Origin: Pseudomonadota bacterium
GTDB lineage: Bacteria > Desulfobacterota > Desulfobulbia > Desulfobulbales > SURF-16
Assembly: GCA_018897105.1 (NCBI GenBank)
Contig: JAHILF010000007.1
Coordinates: 14,763-78,762, forward strand
Direction: 5' to 3'
Length of the DNA: 64,000 nt
Shown here: piece after piece, positions 27,650 through 37,406 of the stretch
How the letters are laid out: each line of letters starts with the position of its first letter
How positions within the stretch are numbered: the first letter of the stretch is position 1
The notes under the pieces: model-generated
Told to the model about the DNA's origin: nothing
Database searches by the model: none
What the model saw: the letters and a program-made list of their open reading frames with translations, nothing else
Position numbers and translations under genes: made by a program

Positions 27650-28976
27650 GAAGCGCTGCCTGCCATTCGCGCAGAGCGGCGAGGGCCTTTTCAGCCCGCA
27701 ACTGGCCGCGGAATTTTTTCGGCACCTTTTTGCCATCCTGGCTGGTCAGAGTGGCAAAGAGGCCGAAGTTGATGTTGGACGGCTGAAAACGGGCGGCATC
27801 GGTGTCGGTGAGATGGCGGATGAGCGCACCGAGCGCCGTCTCGGCAGGCGGGGGGACCGGTTTGCGGCCCTGCAGCAGGTGCGCAGCGTTGATGCCCGCC
27901 AGCAGACCCATGGCCGTTGATTCCACGTAGCCCTCCACCCCGGTGAGCTGCCCGGCCAGCAGGATGTCCTGTCTTGTTTTAAGCTGCAGGGTCGGCTCCA
28001 GGACCTTGGGTCCGCAGACAAAGGTATTACGGTGGATGCTGCCCAGCCGTTCAAACTCCGCCTGCTCCATGCCCGGAATCAGGCGGAAAACCCGCTGCTG
28101 TTCAGAATAGGTCAGTTTGGTCTGAAATCCCACCATATTGTAGTGGGTTCCCTCCATATTCTCCTTTCTGAGCTGGACCACGGCGTACGGGTCACGGCCG
28201 GTGCGGGGATCAGACAGGCCAACCGGCTTCATGGGTCCGAAACGCAGGGTGTCCACCCCCCGTTCAAGCATGACCTCAATGGGCAGGCAGCCCTCGAAAT
28301 ATTTTTTCTCCTCAAAGGATTTCAGCTTCACCTTGTCCGCCGCTGCCAGTTCTGTGATAAAGGTCAGGTACTGGGCCTTGTCCATGGGACAGTTGAGATA
28401 ATCTCCCGGTCCATCATCATAGCGGGAGGCCTGGTAGATAATCTCCCTGTTCAGCGAATCGGCGGTGATAATCGGGGCAATGGCATCGTAAAAGGCGAGA
28501 TGCTCGCCGGTGATTTCCTGCAGGGAGCGGGCCAGGCCGTCAGCGGTGAGGGGACCGGTGGCCAGGATTAATAGCGGATGGCTTTCATCAGTCAGGGGAA
28601 TCTCGCTGATTTCCTCGCGGCGGATTTCAATTGCCGGGAGAGACTCGATTCTTTCCGTGATAAAACGGGCAAACAGACTGCGGTCAACCGCCAGAGCCTT
28701 GCCGGCCGGGACCTTGGTCACGGCAGCGGCAGCCATGATCAGGGAGTCAAGTTGACGCATTTCCTCCTTCAGCAGACCGACGGCCGAGGATGGGTCATCG
28801 GAGCGAAACGAGTTGCTGCAGACCAGTTCCGCCAGGTCGGAGGAGGAGTGGGCAGGGCTGAAACGCTGTGGTTTCATGTCGTAGAGGATCACCCGGAAGC
28901 CGCGTTTTGCCGCCTGCCAGGCGGCTTCACAGCCGGCCAGCCCTCCGCCGATGATAGTCAGGAAACGGTTATCCAT
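27639..28976 (-). CDS. trmFO: Methylenetetrahydrofolate-tRNA-(uracil54-C5)-methyltransferase
   Basis: [24 protein letters not shown] fold and Gid/TrmFO-length (445 aa) conserved blocks ([24 protein letters not shown]). Confidence 0.9.
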   Translation of the reverse strand: MDNRFLTIIGGGLAGCEAAWQAAKRGFRVILYDMKPQRFSPAHSSSDLAELVCSNSFRSDDPSSAVGLLKEEMRQLDSLIMAAAAVTKVPAGKALAVDRSLFARFITERIESLPAIEIRREEISEIPLTDESHPLLILATGPLTADGLARSLQEITGEHLAFYDAIAPIITADSLNREIIYQASRYDDGPGDYLNCPMDKAQYLTFITELAAADKVKLKSFEEKKYFEGCLPIEVMLERGVDTLRFGPMKPVGLSDPRTGRDPYAVVQLRKENMEGTHYNMVGFQTKLTYSEQQRVFRLIPGMEQAEFERLGSIHRNTFVCGPKVLEPTLQLKTRQDILLAGQLTGVEGYVESTAMGLLAGINAAHLLQGRKPVPPPAETALGALIRHLTDTDAARFQPSNINFGLFATLTSQDGKKVPKKFRGQLRAEKALAALREWQAALHEG

Positions 28977-29190
28977 TAAATACCCAGCTCTTTTTTGCTT
29001 CCCTATGTTCAGACCGCATTACGAGGAATGAGTTTCATAATCTATATTTAGTGATCATGCATGTATAAAAGGAAGTGGAAAAACAATCAACTATACATAA
29101 TTTTGTTTTGTTTGACAGCAAAATAACAGTATGGCCGGGGCTGCTTGTGGTTTGCGGATTATCTGCTGATTAATGGAGAATTGGGGATGA

Positions 29191-29226
29191 AAAAGGCCGG
29201 TGTTGTGAGGGGACACCGGCCTTTTT
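29191..29226. terminator. Bidirectional intrinsic-terminator hairpin (unit 1)
   Basis: AAAAA-GGCCGGTGT-tgtgagggg-ACACCGGCC-TTTTT. Confidence 0.65.
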
Positions 29227-29351
29227 CATGTGCTAAGGAGAAAAAAAGAAGAAAAGTGAGAAAAAACGTACTGGTAAGAAGTTTTCATTCCTACAGTCTT
29301 AATAATTAAGATTCATCCGTTGCTGAAAGGTTCCAAAAAAAAATCAGGCAT

Positions 29352-29387
29352 AAAAAAACCGGTGATGGGGCGTCACCGGTTTTTTTA
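29352..29387. terminator. Bidirectional intrinsic-terminator hairpin (unit 2)
   Basis: AAAAAAA-CCGGTGA-tggggcg-TCACCGG-TTTTTTT. Confidence 0.7.
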
Positions 29388-29499
29388 CTACAACAAGAAA
29401 GAGGAGAAAATGAGAAGAAAAAAACTGGTAAGGAGTGTCAATTCTTACAGTCTTAAATGATTAGAGCCTTTGTTTCAGAATAGGTTCCAGAAAAAAGGC

Positions 29500-29540
29500 A
29501 AAAAAAAAGCCGGTGATGAGGGTCACCGGCTTTCTGTTTC
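29500..29540. terminator. Intrinsic-terminator hairpin (unit 3), better on the minus strand
   Basis: AAAAAAAAA-GCCGGTGA-tgaggg-TCACCGGC-TTTCTGTTT. This gives nine U on the minus-strand reading and only an interrupted U-run on the plus strand. Confidence 0.6.
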
Positions 29541-29882
29541 CATTGCTGGAAACACTGAGAAAAATGAAAAGTGAAAAAGTAAGGTAACTGAGGATGTTAA
29601 CTCTTACATTTTACAATACATATAACGCTCACTTTCCCAAAAAGGTTCCATGGGAAAATATTTTTTTTTACATTTCCCGAATTGGCTGTTGGCAGGGAGT
29701 TGCGTAAGTTATTTCTTTATATTTTGGTTGACAAGAATGGGGTGGTAGAGTATTTGAGAGAGTTATTAATCTTAATTTAAGTATTAGCATCTTCTATTCT
29801 CGTCAATATTCTCGCCCTGCGCTGCCTCTTGGCCCTGTTTGATGCCGTTGAAGTTTTTGCTGAGCACTTAAAGGAGTACAGT

Positions 29883-30149
29883 ATGAAACTTTTTATCGGC
29901 AACCTCCCATACAATATGAATGATACGGAACTGAACACCCTCTGCACTCCCTTCGGAGATGTTGTCAGTGCTAAAGTTATTACCGACCATTTTTCAGGCC
30001 AGACAAAAGGCTTTGGCTTTGTTGAGATGTCCAGCAGGCCTGAAGGCCATAAGGTCATGGAAGGGCTCAACGGCACAGAGGTCAGTCATCGTAAATTGAT
30101 CTGCAACGAAGCCAAGCCGCAAAAGAAGAAAGGTGCACGCCGCCGTTAA
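29883..30149 (+). CDS. RRM-type (RNP-1/RNP-2) RNA-binding protein
   Basis: MKLFIGNLPYNM (RNP2) and KGFGFVEM (RNP1), with a basic tail KPQKKKGARRR. The ATG at 29883 follows AAAGGAG. The track ORF start at 29829 is probably too long. Confidence 0.85.
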   Translation: MKLFIGNLPYNMNDTELNTLCTPFGDVVSAKVITDHFSGQTKGFGFVEMSSRPEGHKVMEGLNGTEVSHRKLICNEAKPQKKKGARRR

Positions 30150-30408
30150 ACCCTGCCTTCCCGGCATTCTTTATTCCTGTTTGTGCCCCCCAAAGTTTCC
30201 TTTTTTTTCTACTCTGCATGGCATGTGAGAGGATTTTTTTGCCGTTAGTCCACCCCCGGCAAGGGGACAGCAATTTTTTCCGCACTGTTTTTTCCTGCCC
30301 ATAAAATTAATGAACAAATTATAACAGCCAGGACTGTGGTTCACTGTACAAAAGATTAGGACCATGGCGACAGTGCTGTTGAATTATAACCAGAAACAAG
30401 GAGTTTTA

Positions 30409-31716
30409 ATGAGTTTTACATCATTTCATTTTCATGAGAAAATAGCCGCAGCGATAAAGGATTGCGGCTATGCAGCACCAACCCCTATTCAACAGCAGGC
30501 GATGCCGCCGGTGCTTGACGGTCACGACCTCCTGGGGCTCGCCCAGACAGGGACCGGCAAAACAGCGGCATTTGTGCTGCCTATTCTGCAACGCCTCATG
30601 GAGGGTCCCCGCAAAAAGGTTCGGGCTCTGATTGTCGCCCCGACCCGGGAGCTTGCTGAGCAGACCCACGAATATATCGGCAAGATGGCCGGAAAGACCG
30701 GTCTTGCCAGTGCCGTTGTTTATGGCGGTGTCGGCAAACAGGGCCAGATCCATCAAATCCGCAATGGAGCGGAAATTATTGTTGCCTGTCCCGGACGTCT
30801 GCTTGATCATCTCGATGCTGGAGCGTTTAACCTGAGCAAGCTTGAGATACTGGTACTGGATGAGGCGGATCACATGTTTGACAAGGGATTTCTGCCTGCC
30901 ATCCGTCGGATATTGAAGTATGTGCCGAAGCAGCGGCAGACCCTTATCTTTTCCGCCACCATGCCTGACGAAATTCGTCATCTGGCGGAAAATATCCTGC
31001 AATCGCCGGTCACCGTGCAGATCAATCATGACCTGCCGGCACCAACCATATCCCATGTGCTTTTTCAGGTGGAACAGCAGGGCAAGACCGCGCTGTTGAA
31101 ACAGATCATGGAGCAGACCGAAATGGTCTCCGCCCTGATTTTTACCCGGACAAAACACAAGGCAAAGACCCTTGCCCTGCAATTGGAGAAGTTCGGCTGC
31201 AGCGTCACCTCACTGCAGGGAAATCTTTCCCAGCAGAAAAGGCAGCAGGCCCTAGACGGTTTTAAAAGCGGGAAATTTAAAGTGATGGTAGCCACCGATA
31301 TTGCTGCCCGCGGTATTGATGTGTCAAGAATTTCCCATGTGGTCAACTATGATATGCCTGATACGGCTGAGACCTATACCCACCGCACTGGCCGAACCGG
31401 CCGTGCCTGCCGCACAGGCGAGGCCTTCACCTTTGCCGGTCGCGAAGATATGAAGATGATTAATATTATTGAACGGAATTTAGGTAAAAAAATGGCCAGG
31501 CCGACATCTTCGGGTATTGAGACTGAGTCATTTACCGCCAATACTGAAATGAGAGAAGAACGGCCGCGTTCGTCGCAGGTCAGAAGAAAAAGCAATCATA
31601 CCCCGGCGGCAGCCGCAGGAAATCAAAACAGGCGCAGAGCTGTGCCGTTTGATTTTGATGTCCGCAGCCTTTCCCAGGGATCAGGACGTAAAGATAGACT
31701 GACAAACGCGGGTTGA
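30409..31716 (+). CDS. DEAD-box ATP-dependent RNA helicase (RhlE-like)
   Basis: Q-motif region, AQTGTGKTAAF, PTRELA, VLDEADHMF (DEAD), SAT, and HRTGRTGRA. Basic C-terminal tail. The ATG at 30409 follows AAGGAG. Confidence 0.9.
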   Translation: MSFTSFHFHEKIAAAIKDCGYAAPTPIQQQAMPPVLDGHDLLGLAQTGTGKTAAFVLPILQRLMEGPRKKVRALIVAPTRELAEQTHEYIGKMAGKTGLASAVVYGGVGKQGQIHQIRNGAEIIVACPGRLLDHLDAGAFNLSKLEILVLDEADHMFDKGFLPAIRRILKYVPKQRQTLIFSATMPDEIRHLAENILQSPVTVQINHDLPAPTISHVLFQVEQQGKTALLKQIMEQTEMVSALIFTRTKHKAKTLALQLEKFGCSVTSLQGNLSQQKRQQALDGFKSGKFKVMVATDIAARGIDVSRISHVVNYDMPDTAETYTHRTGRTGRACRTGEAFTFAGREDMKMINIIERNLGKKMARPTSSGIETESFTANTEMREERPRSSQVRRKSNHTPAAAAGNQNRRRAVPFDFDVRSLSQGSGRKDRLTNAG

Positions 31717-31756
31717 TTCGTTCAACCCCTTCCTGTTGATTTTCCGGTAGGGAAAA

Positions 31757-31801
31757 GAAGGGCATTCGAGCCGCCTGCGGCTCGAATGCCCTTCTTTCGT
31801 T
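31757..31801. terminator. Bidirectional terminator between convergent helicase and hybrid kinase genes
   Basis: 17-bp perfect stem GAAGGGCATTCGAGCCG-cctg-CGGCTCGAATGCCCTTC followed by TTTCGTTT. An A-rich run lies on the other side. Confidence 0.7.
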
Positions 31802-31806
31802 TGGAG

Positions 31807-34800
31807 TCATGCTTTGCCATCAGCAGGGCCTCCGGTCATGCCGTCCTTATCAAGCAGGCGGCGGACAACAACGGCCAGTTCTTTTTTCATGACCGGTTTG
31901 GTCAAATATTCCCGGATTCCCATATGTTTCGCCTTTTCGGACGAAACGGTCTGGCTGAAGCCGGTGCATAAAATAATGGGCAGATCGGGTCTGAGTTTGA
32001 GCATCTCGCTTGCCAACTCCGCCCCTGTCATTTTTGGCATGGTCTGATCGGTGATGATCAGGTCGAATTTCCCGGGCTCGGCCTGAAAAATTGCCAGGGC
32101 TTCCATGCTGTCTGTCCGGCAGGTAACCTGATAACCGAGATTGGTGAGCATCCTTGTAAGCATGACGGTAATCGCCTTGTCGTCATCGACCAGCAGGATG
32201 TGTTCCTGTTTGCCTGGGGGAGAAGTATCTTGCTCGGGGCCTGATTCATCCCTGTTTGAGTCCTTGCCGACAAGAGGCAGGTAGATGGTGAACGAAGTGC
32301 CATGGCCGATTTCGCTGTAAACCTTGATGGCGCCGTTCAGCGAGGTGACGATGCCGTGCACCACCGCCAGGCCCATACCTGTGCCCTCGGCTTTGCCCTT
32401 GGTGGTGAAAAACGGTTCAAAGATGTGCTCAATGGTCTCAGGCGTCATCCCTTCACCCGTATCGCTTATGGTCAGCAGGAGATGGGGACCGGGCTGGAGA
32501 TTGGGATTGTTTTCGGCAAAGTCCTCATCAATATCGATGATACGCTGGCCGACTTCCAGCATTCCGCCGTTTTTCATCATCGCATGTCCGGCATTGGTGC
32601 ACAGGTTCATGAACAGCTGGTGGATTTCCGTGGGATCGGCTATAACCGACGCCTCCGGATCACGCAGGTCCTGCCGGATGTCAATGGTGGTCGGCAGGGT
32701 CGAGCGCAACAGTTTGAGTACCTCCTTGATGATGATGATGGTGCATAGCGGCATTCTTTCCTGTTTCGCCTTGCGGGCAAAGGAGAGGATCTGTTTGACC
32801 AGGTCCCTGGCCCGGATGCCGGCGGTTTTGATCTCTTTGAGTTCCTCCTTGGGAAAGTGACCGCGTGAGATCTCTATTTCGCCAATATCGGCATTACCGA
32901 GAATGGCAAACAGGATGTTGTTGAAATCATGGGCAATGCCACCGGCCAGGGTACCGATGGCCTCAAGTTTTTGGGCCTGCCTGAGCTGTGCTTCCAGTTT
33001 TTCCTTGTCATCCTCCGCCTTTTTTCTCTCCGTAACGTCGCGGCTGACGCCGATGAGCCCCAGCACTGTCCCGTCAGGGGTATGGTATGGGGTTTTCAAG
33101 GTATCCAGCAGCACGTGTCTGCCGTCCGGGTAATCAACCCATTCCTCATTGCGTTTTGTCTCTCCGCTGGCCAGCATCTGTCGATCCTTTTCCCGGAAGA
33201 ATCCGGCGAGCTCAGGGCTGAAGAAGTCGTAATCAGTTTTGCCGATGATATCAGTAATGTCCTTGCCGGCAAATTCGGCAAAGGCCTTATTGCAGTCTAA
33301 ATAGGTGCTTTCATGGTCCTTGAAAAAGATGAGGTCAGGTACGGAATCGATCAGGCTTCTCAGCAAGGCATGGGCATTCTCCAGTTCAATTTCCGTCTGT
33401 TTGCGTTCAGTGATGTTGATGGCAGTGGCCAGCACGCCGATGGTCCTGCCGGCAGCATCAACCATTCTGTCCGCATTCCACAGTAGGGTTAGTCGTTCGC
33501 CATGGCGTGCGAAAACATCATTTTCAAAGTCGCTGGTGGGGATGCCGCCTATGACCTTTATCATTTCCTGCTCAACAGATGGCCTCAGATCTTGGGGGAT
33601 AAAGAGTTCCAGGTAATTCTCACCCAGCACCTCTTCCCGCGTCCTGCCGAAGAGCTTTTCCGCGGCAGGGTTGAATTCGAGAATGGCAAAATCCGGCGAC
33701 AGCATGAGAATGATGCTTGCGGCTGTATCAATGATAGCCCGCAGCCGTTCCCTGCTCTCGTGCAGGGCTGCTACCGCCTGGTATTTTTCTGTGATGTCAT
33801 TGCCGGAACAGAGCATACCGGTGGCTATCCCTGCACGGTTATGGAGGATGGTGTAGCGCCAGGCAATCATTTTCTGCTCACCGTTTTTGCTGATGATAGT
33901 ATTTTCCAGATAATCGGGGAATTGGCCGGTCCCAGCCATGGCGTCGGCATAGAGGGCCTGCAGATGCTTGCGCTGGCCGTTCTCCATGACGAAATCACCC
34001 CAGTGTCTCCCCAGCAGCTCCTGTTCCTCATAGCCCAGCATCTCAATGCCTTTTCTGTTGATAAGCAGGATCTTGCCCTGTTCGTCCAGATGCACGAGCA
34101 TGACGTTGGCCGTATCCAGATAGCTTTGGGCCTTGTCCCGTGCCCGGCGTAGGGATTCCTCACTGTTCTTGCGTTCGATTCCCAGTGCTATGGCGTCTGC
34201 TATGGCTGCCAGGGATTTGCTGGTTATATCTGTCAGAGGATGGCGGGAAAATATGGCCATGACGCCGATCACCCGGTTTTCGATGAGCAGGGGATGGCCG
34301 GCAAAGGACACCAGTCCCTGCTCTCTGGCCCAGGCCTGGTCCGTGACTTGGGGATCGCCGATCACCTCATTGGTGAGATGGGGGGACTTCTGCAGGGCAA
34401 TAAAGCCGATTTTGTTTTCTGCAGTAATCGGCAGGCGACTACGCGCTCCCTGCAAATGATTGTACTCACCGGCGCTGGCCCGCAGCTCCAGGATATTTTC
34501 TTGGCTGTTGACCGTCCAGATACGGGCAAAGGAGGCATCAAGGAAGTGAACCATGGCCTCGGTGCACTGCAGCAGGATTTCCTGCAAGGTCTGCCCTTTG
34601 GTAAGGATTAAGCCGATTTCCGAACTCAAGGAGAGAAGCCGTACCTGTTCGGCCAGGGCATTTTCGGCCCGTTTGCGGGCAGTAATATCGAGAATGACCC
34701 CCACCAGCCCGCCCACGGAACCGTCTATCTTGCGGAAGGTGGCCTTGTAGAAGATTACTTCATGGACTTCCCCTTTGGTGTCGGCCAGGGTGGATTCATA

Positions 34801-37122
34801 TTCCTGTTTCCCGGGTTGCTGCAGCAGGGCCAGATCCATCTGGTGGTAGGCGTCCGCCATTTCTTTCGGAGCAATGTCAAAGACGGTTTTACCGACAAAT
34901 TCCTCGGCATTGATGCCGTAAAATTCTTCATAGGCGGTGTTGCAGCCGATAAAGGCCCCTTTGTCATCCTTATAGAATATCGGGCTGGGGATGGAATCCA
35001 GCAGTTCCTGCAGGAAATGCAGCTGTTCCGTCAGAGCCCTTTCCGCTTGGCGGCGTTTACTGATCTGCTGATGGAGTTCAAGGATCGTTTCTCTCTGTTC
35101 TTCTGCATGGCGGGTGACCAGCATTTCCCGCTCCTTATAGAAATCGATGCGCTGTCGCAGTTCTGCCGGGGAAAGATTCAGATCGGCCAGGATTTCGCCA
35201 TAGGATTTCTGCAGCTGCAGGGTCTCATTGGCATTAAGAATTTTCTGCTGCTGGAAGGTCTTGTAGGCGGTGGAACTGCCGATGGAGCCGGCAAGATTCT
35301 TTTCCAGCTCATTGCTGATGTCGGCTAATTCGATAACGGATATGTACTCCTTGCCGTTTGTCCCTTTTCTGGCGAGGCAACTGTTTATGATGCGGTTGGT
35401 TTTTTCAGGAGAAAAATATTCATTTAACAGGTCTTCCAGCAGTCTTCTTTTGGCCGGCAGATGCACGGTCATTGCTGGGGCTGCTGCCAGACCTGCAACA
35501 GGGAGAGTGGGGTTGAAGATATCGATGAATTCGGCTGATATTTTTTTCTCCTGTTCACCTGCCTCATAAAAAAATGAGCCGAGTACATAAAAGCCGATGT
35601 TAAAGAGCATGGTCCACACCACGGCGTGGCTGATGGGGTCCAGTTGCGTGATGCCGAAAAGTTGCACGGGATTGAGAAAGCCTATGCCGCCCGGACCGTT
35701 AAGCAGGATATCTGCCGGCAGGATGCCGCTTCTGGCAAGCAAAGGGACAATGAGGGTATAAAACCAGACCAGGCAGCCGGCGCAGAGCCCGAGCAGGGCG
35801 CCGACATGGTTCCCCCGCCGCCAGTAGATCCCTCCCATCATAACCGGGGTAAATTGCAGGACGGCGACAAAGGAGATGATCCCCATGCTGAACAGGGAGT
35901 AATGCTCGCCGGCGATGGTTTCAAACCAGTAGCCGGCCATGATGATCAGGGCCACGCTGACCCATCTCACCCTGAGCAGCTGCCGGCGTAAAAAGGCCAG
36001 CCCCGGGAACCAGACCAGTAGAGGGAGCAGGAGATGATTGCTTATCATGGTGGCCAAGGTCATGGAGCTGATCATGATCATGCTGGTGCCGGCCGACAAA
36101 CCTCCGATGAAAACCAGCAGAGCAAGCCAATGTCTGTTGTAGTGCAGGGGAATGTCAAGAACAAAGGTGTCAGCATGCTCCAGCGGCAGGCCGATGAGGA
36201 GTCCGCCTGCGGCAATGGGAAAGATAAAGAGATTGATCAGAATAAGATACAGCGGAAAAAGCCACATGGCTGTGCGGATATGTTTTTCGTTTGAATTCTC
36301 CACCACAGCGACATGAAACTGGCGGGGCAGAAACATGAAAGCGAACATGGCAAGAAACAGATAACTGCACACTGTAATAAAGGGGATGGAAGTGGGCGTG
36401 CCAAAGAAGGACTGTTCAGGCAGCGTGGTGGTTGCCACGCGCTCAAAGATATCGGTAAAGCCGTTGAAAACGAAAAAGGTGACAAACACCCCGGCAGCAA
36501 GAAAGGCCACCAGCTTTACCAGGGATTCGGCGGCAACCGCCGCAACAATTCCCTGGTGTCGTTCGGTGGCGTCCAGTCGGCGCACGCCGAAAACGATGGT
36601 GAAAAAAATCATCAGGCAGACGATAATCATCCCCAAATTGTTTTCAATAAAAGTCAATGTTGCGGGTTCATGGCGGGTGATGCGGACAAAAGTCAGGATC
36701 ACCGCCTTTAACTGCAGGGCAATATAGGGAACCGTGCCTATCAGGACGACTAGACTGGCGATGGCCGCAACCGTTTCGGATTTCCCATAACGGGCACCGA
36801 GAAAGTCGGCGATACTAGTGATGTGGTAGGTCTCCTTGAGCCGTACCAGTTTGCGGAGGACCTGCCACCAGAAAATGAGGGCCATGGTCGGCCCCAGGGA
36901 GATGGTGAGGAAAAGCATGCCCGAGGTGGTGGCCACACCGACGCTGCCGTAATAAGTCCAGGTGGTGCAATACACCGCCAGCGACAGGGAGTAAACCACG
37001 GGATTGTGGGCCAGGTTGACCCCGGTGCTCGCCTTTTTCTCCACCCATCGTGCAAGCAGAAACAACAGCCCCACATAGAGCAGGATGGCAAAGAGTATGT
37101 TCGCAGGACTGAGCAATGTCAT
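31807..37122 (-). CDS. Hybrid sensor histidine kinase with N-terminal sodium:solute-symporter-like membrane domain, multiple PAS, GAF, HisKA-HATPase and C-terminal REC (CbrA-like architecture)
   Basis: About 500 aa of SSS-type TM helices, then several PAS modules (for example PSPIFYKDDKGAFIGCN, DLIFFKDHESTYLDCN) and one GAF. H-box GGIAHDFNNIL, an ATPase domain (GTGMGLAVV), and REC ILLVDDD...LIITDQTMPKMTG. Confidence 0.9.
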   Translation of the reverse strand: MTLLSPANILFAILLYVGLLFLLARWVEKKASTGVNLAHNPVVYSLSLAVYCTTWTYYGSVGVATTSGMLFLTISLGPTMALIFWWQVLRKLVRLKETYHITSIADFLGARYGKSETVAAIASLVVLIGTVPYIALQLKAVILTFVRITRHEPATLTFIENNLGMIIVCLMIFFTIVFGVRRLDATERHQGIVAAVAAESLVKLVAFLAAGVFVTFFVFNGFTDIFERVATTTLPEQSFFGTPTSIPFITVCSYLFLAMFAFMFLPRQFHVAVVENSNEKHIRTAMWLFPLYLILINLFIFPIAAGGLLIGLPLEHADTFVLDIPLHYNRHWLALLVFIGGLSAGTSMIMISSMTLATMISNHLLLPLLVWFPGLAFLRRQLLRVRWVSVALIIMAGYWFETIAGEHYSLFSMGIISFVAVLQFTPVMMGGIYWRRGNHVGALLGLCAGCLVWFYTLIVPLLARSGILPADILLNGPGGIGFLNPVQLFGITQLDPISHAVVWTMLFNIGFYVLGSFFYEAGEQEKKISAEFIDIFNPTLPVAGLAAAPAMTVHLPAKRRLLEDLLNEYFSPEKTNRIINSCLARKGTNGKEYISVIELADISNELEKNLAGSIGSSTAYKTFQQQKILNANETLQLQKSYGEILADLNLSPAELRQRIDFYKEREMLVTRHAEEQRETILELHQQISKRRQAERALTEQLHFLQELLDSIPSPIFYKDDKGAFIGCNTAYEEFYGINAEEFVGKTVFDIAPKEMADAYHQMDLALLQQPGKQEYESTLADTKGEVHEVIFYKATFRKIDGSVGGLVGVILDITARKRAENALAEQVRLLSLSSEIGLILTKGQTLQEILLQCTEAMVHFLDASFARIWTVNSQENILELRASAGEYNHLQGARSRLPITAENKIGFIALQKSPHLTNEVIGDPQVTDQAWAREQGLVSFAGHPLLIENRVIGVMAIFSRHPLTDITSKSLAAIADAIALGIERKNSEESLRRARDKAQSYLDTANVMLVHLDEQGKILLINRKGIEMLGYEEQELLGRHWGDFVMENGQRKHLQALYADAMAGTGQFPDYLENTIISKNGEQKMIAWRYTILHNRAGIATGMLCSGNDITEKYQAVAALHESRERLRAIIDTAASIILMLSPDFAILEFNPAAEKLFGRTREEVLGENYLELFIPQDLRPSVEQEMIKVIGGIPTSDFENDVFARHGERLTLLWNADRMVDAAGRTIGVLATAINITERKQTEIELENAHALLRSLIDSVPDLIFFKDHESTYLDCNKAFAEFAGKDITDIIGKTDYDFFSPELAGFFREKDRQMLASGETKRNEEWVDYPDGRHVLLDTLKTPYHTPDGTVLGLIGVSRDVTERKKAEDDKEKLEAQLRQAQKLEAIGTLAGGIAHDFNNILFAILGNADIGEIEISRGHFPKEELKEIKTAGIRARDLVKQILSFARKAKQERMPLCTIIIIKEVLKLLRSTLPTTIDIRQDLRDPEASVIADPTEIHQLFMNLCTNAGHAMMKNGGMLEVGQRIIDIDEDFAENNPNLQPGPHLLLTISDTGEGMTPETIEHIFEPFFTTKGKAEGTGMGLAVVHGIVTSLNGAIKVYSEIGHGTSFTIYLPLVGKDSNRDESGPEQDTSPPGKQEHILLVDDDKAITVMLTRMLTNLGYQVTCRTDSMEALAIFQAEPGKFDLIITDQTMPKMTGAELASEMLKLRPDLPIILCTGFSQTVSSEKAKHMGIREYLTKPVMKKELAVVVRRLLDKDGMTGGPADGKA

Positions 37123-37406
37123 GGGATCATTTCATCAGTTTCATCGTTGATGTTATCCTGTTTCCCTGCATACTCCCGGCTCAGGAAAAAGAGCAGCAGG
37201 CAGATGACTGCCCAGGCGAGAAACAGGTAAATAAAAGTGGCTTCCAAGCCTGCCTTGTCCGCATTTCTTTTAAACGGGGTGACAAAGAGAAAGAGGCTGA
37301 AGAAAAAGAGTAAGAAAGGGAATTCCGGTTGACGTAAGATAAATTGTAATTTTTTTCTGAGCATTTTTGGGGTCCTGGACGGCATGGGAAGATTATTAAT
37401 CGACAT
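37119..37406 (-). CDS. Small two-TM membrane protein, translationally coupled to the hybrid kinase
   Basis: Two hydrophobic helices (FPFLLFFFSLFLFV and FIYLFLAWAVICLLLFF). Its stop overlaps the kinase ATG (ATGA). The start codon is uncertain and I recognise no family. Confidence 0.4.
   Translation of the reverse strand: MSINNLPMPSRTPKMLRKKLQFILRQPEFPFLLFFFSLFLFVTPFKRNADKAGLEATFIYLFLAWAVICLLLFFLSREYAGKQDNINDETDEMIP

Larger units (their letters stand above)
29191..29660. repeat. Array of three tandem ~155-nt paralogous units (hairpin terminator + homopurine/homopyrimidine tract + second hairpin + AGGTTCCA box)
   Basis: Units span about 29191-29351, 29352-29499 and 29500-29660. Conserved blocks are CCGGTG..CACCGG hairpins, GAGAAAAA/TGAGAAG purine runs, CTGGTAAG..CTTACAGTCTTA hairpins, and AGGTTCCA at 29328, 29482 and 29643. 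Confidence 0.7.

Noticed and set aside
27650-27736. N-terminal extensions of several track ORFs: UDG 27650-27736, ZIP 8190-8249, MCP 42437-42493, DUF481 50108-50197, helicase 30364-30408, RRM 29829-29882, YHS 22565-22600, brxA 50887-50976
   Set aside because: The extensions overlap the upstream gene or lack an RBS. Downstream ATGs have good Shine-Dalgarno sequences and give N-termini typical of the family, such as signal peptides or conserved first motifs.
29320-29345. Sigma-54 promoter reading of the conserved TGGAACC box (minus strand) in the sRNA-like units
   Set aside because: Only unit 1 has a downstream GC (TGGAACCTTTCAGCA), and its GG-to-GC spacing is one nt short of the invariant -24/-12 distance. 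Units 2 and 3 have no -12 element.
29191-29660. CRISPR array interpretation of the tandem units
   Set aside because: The repeat period is about 155 nt, and conserved blocks are spread through the whole unit rather than short identical repeats separated by unique spacers. No cas genes are nearby.
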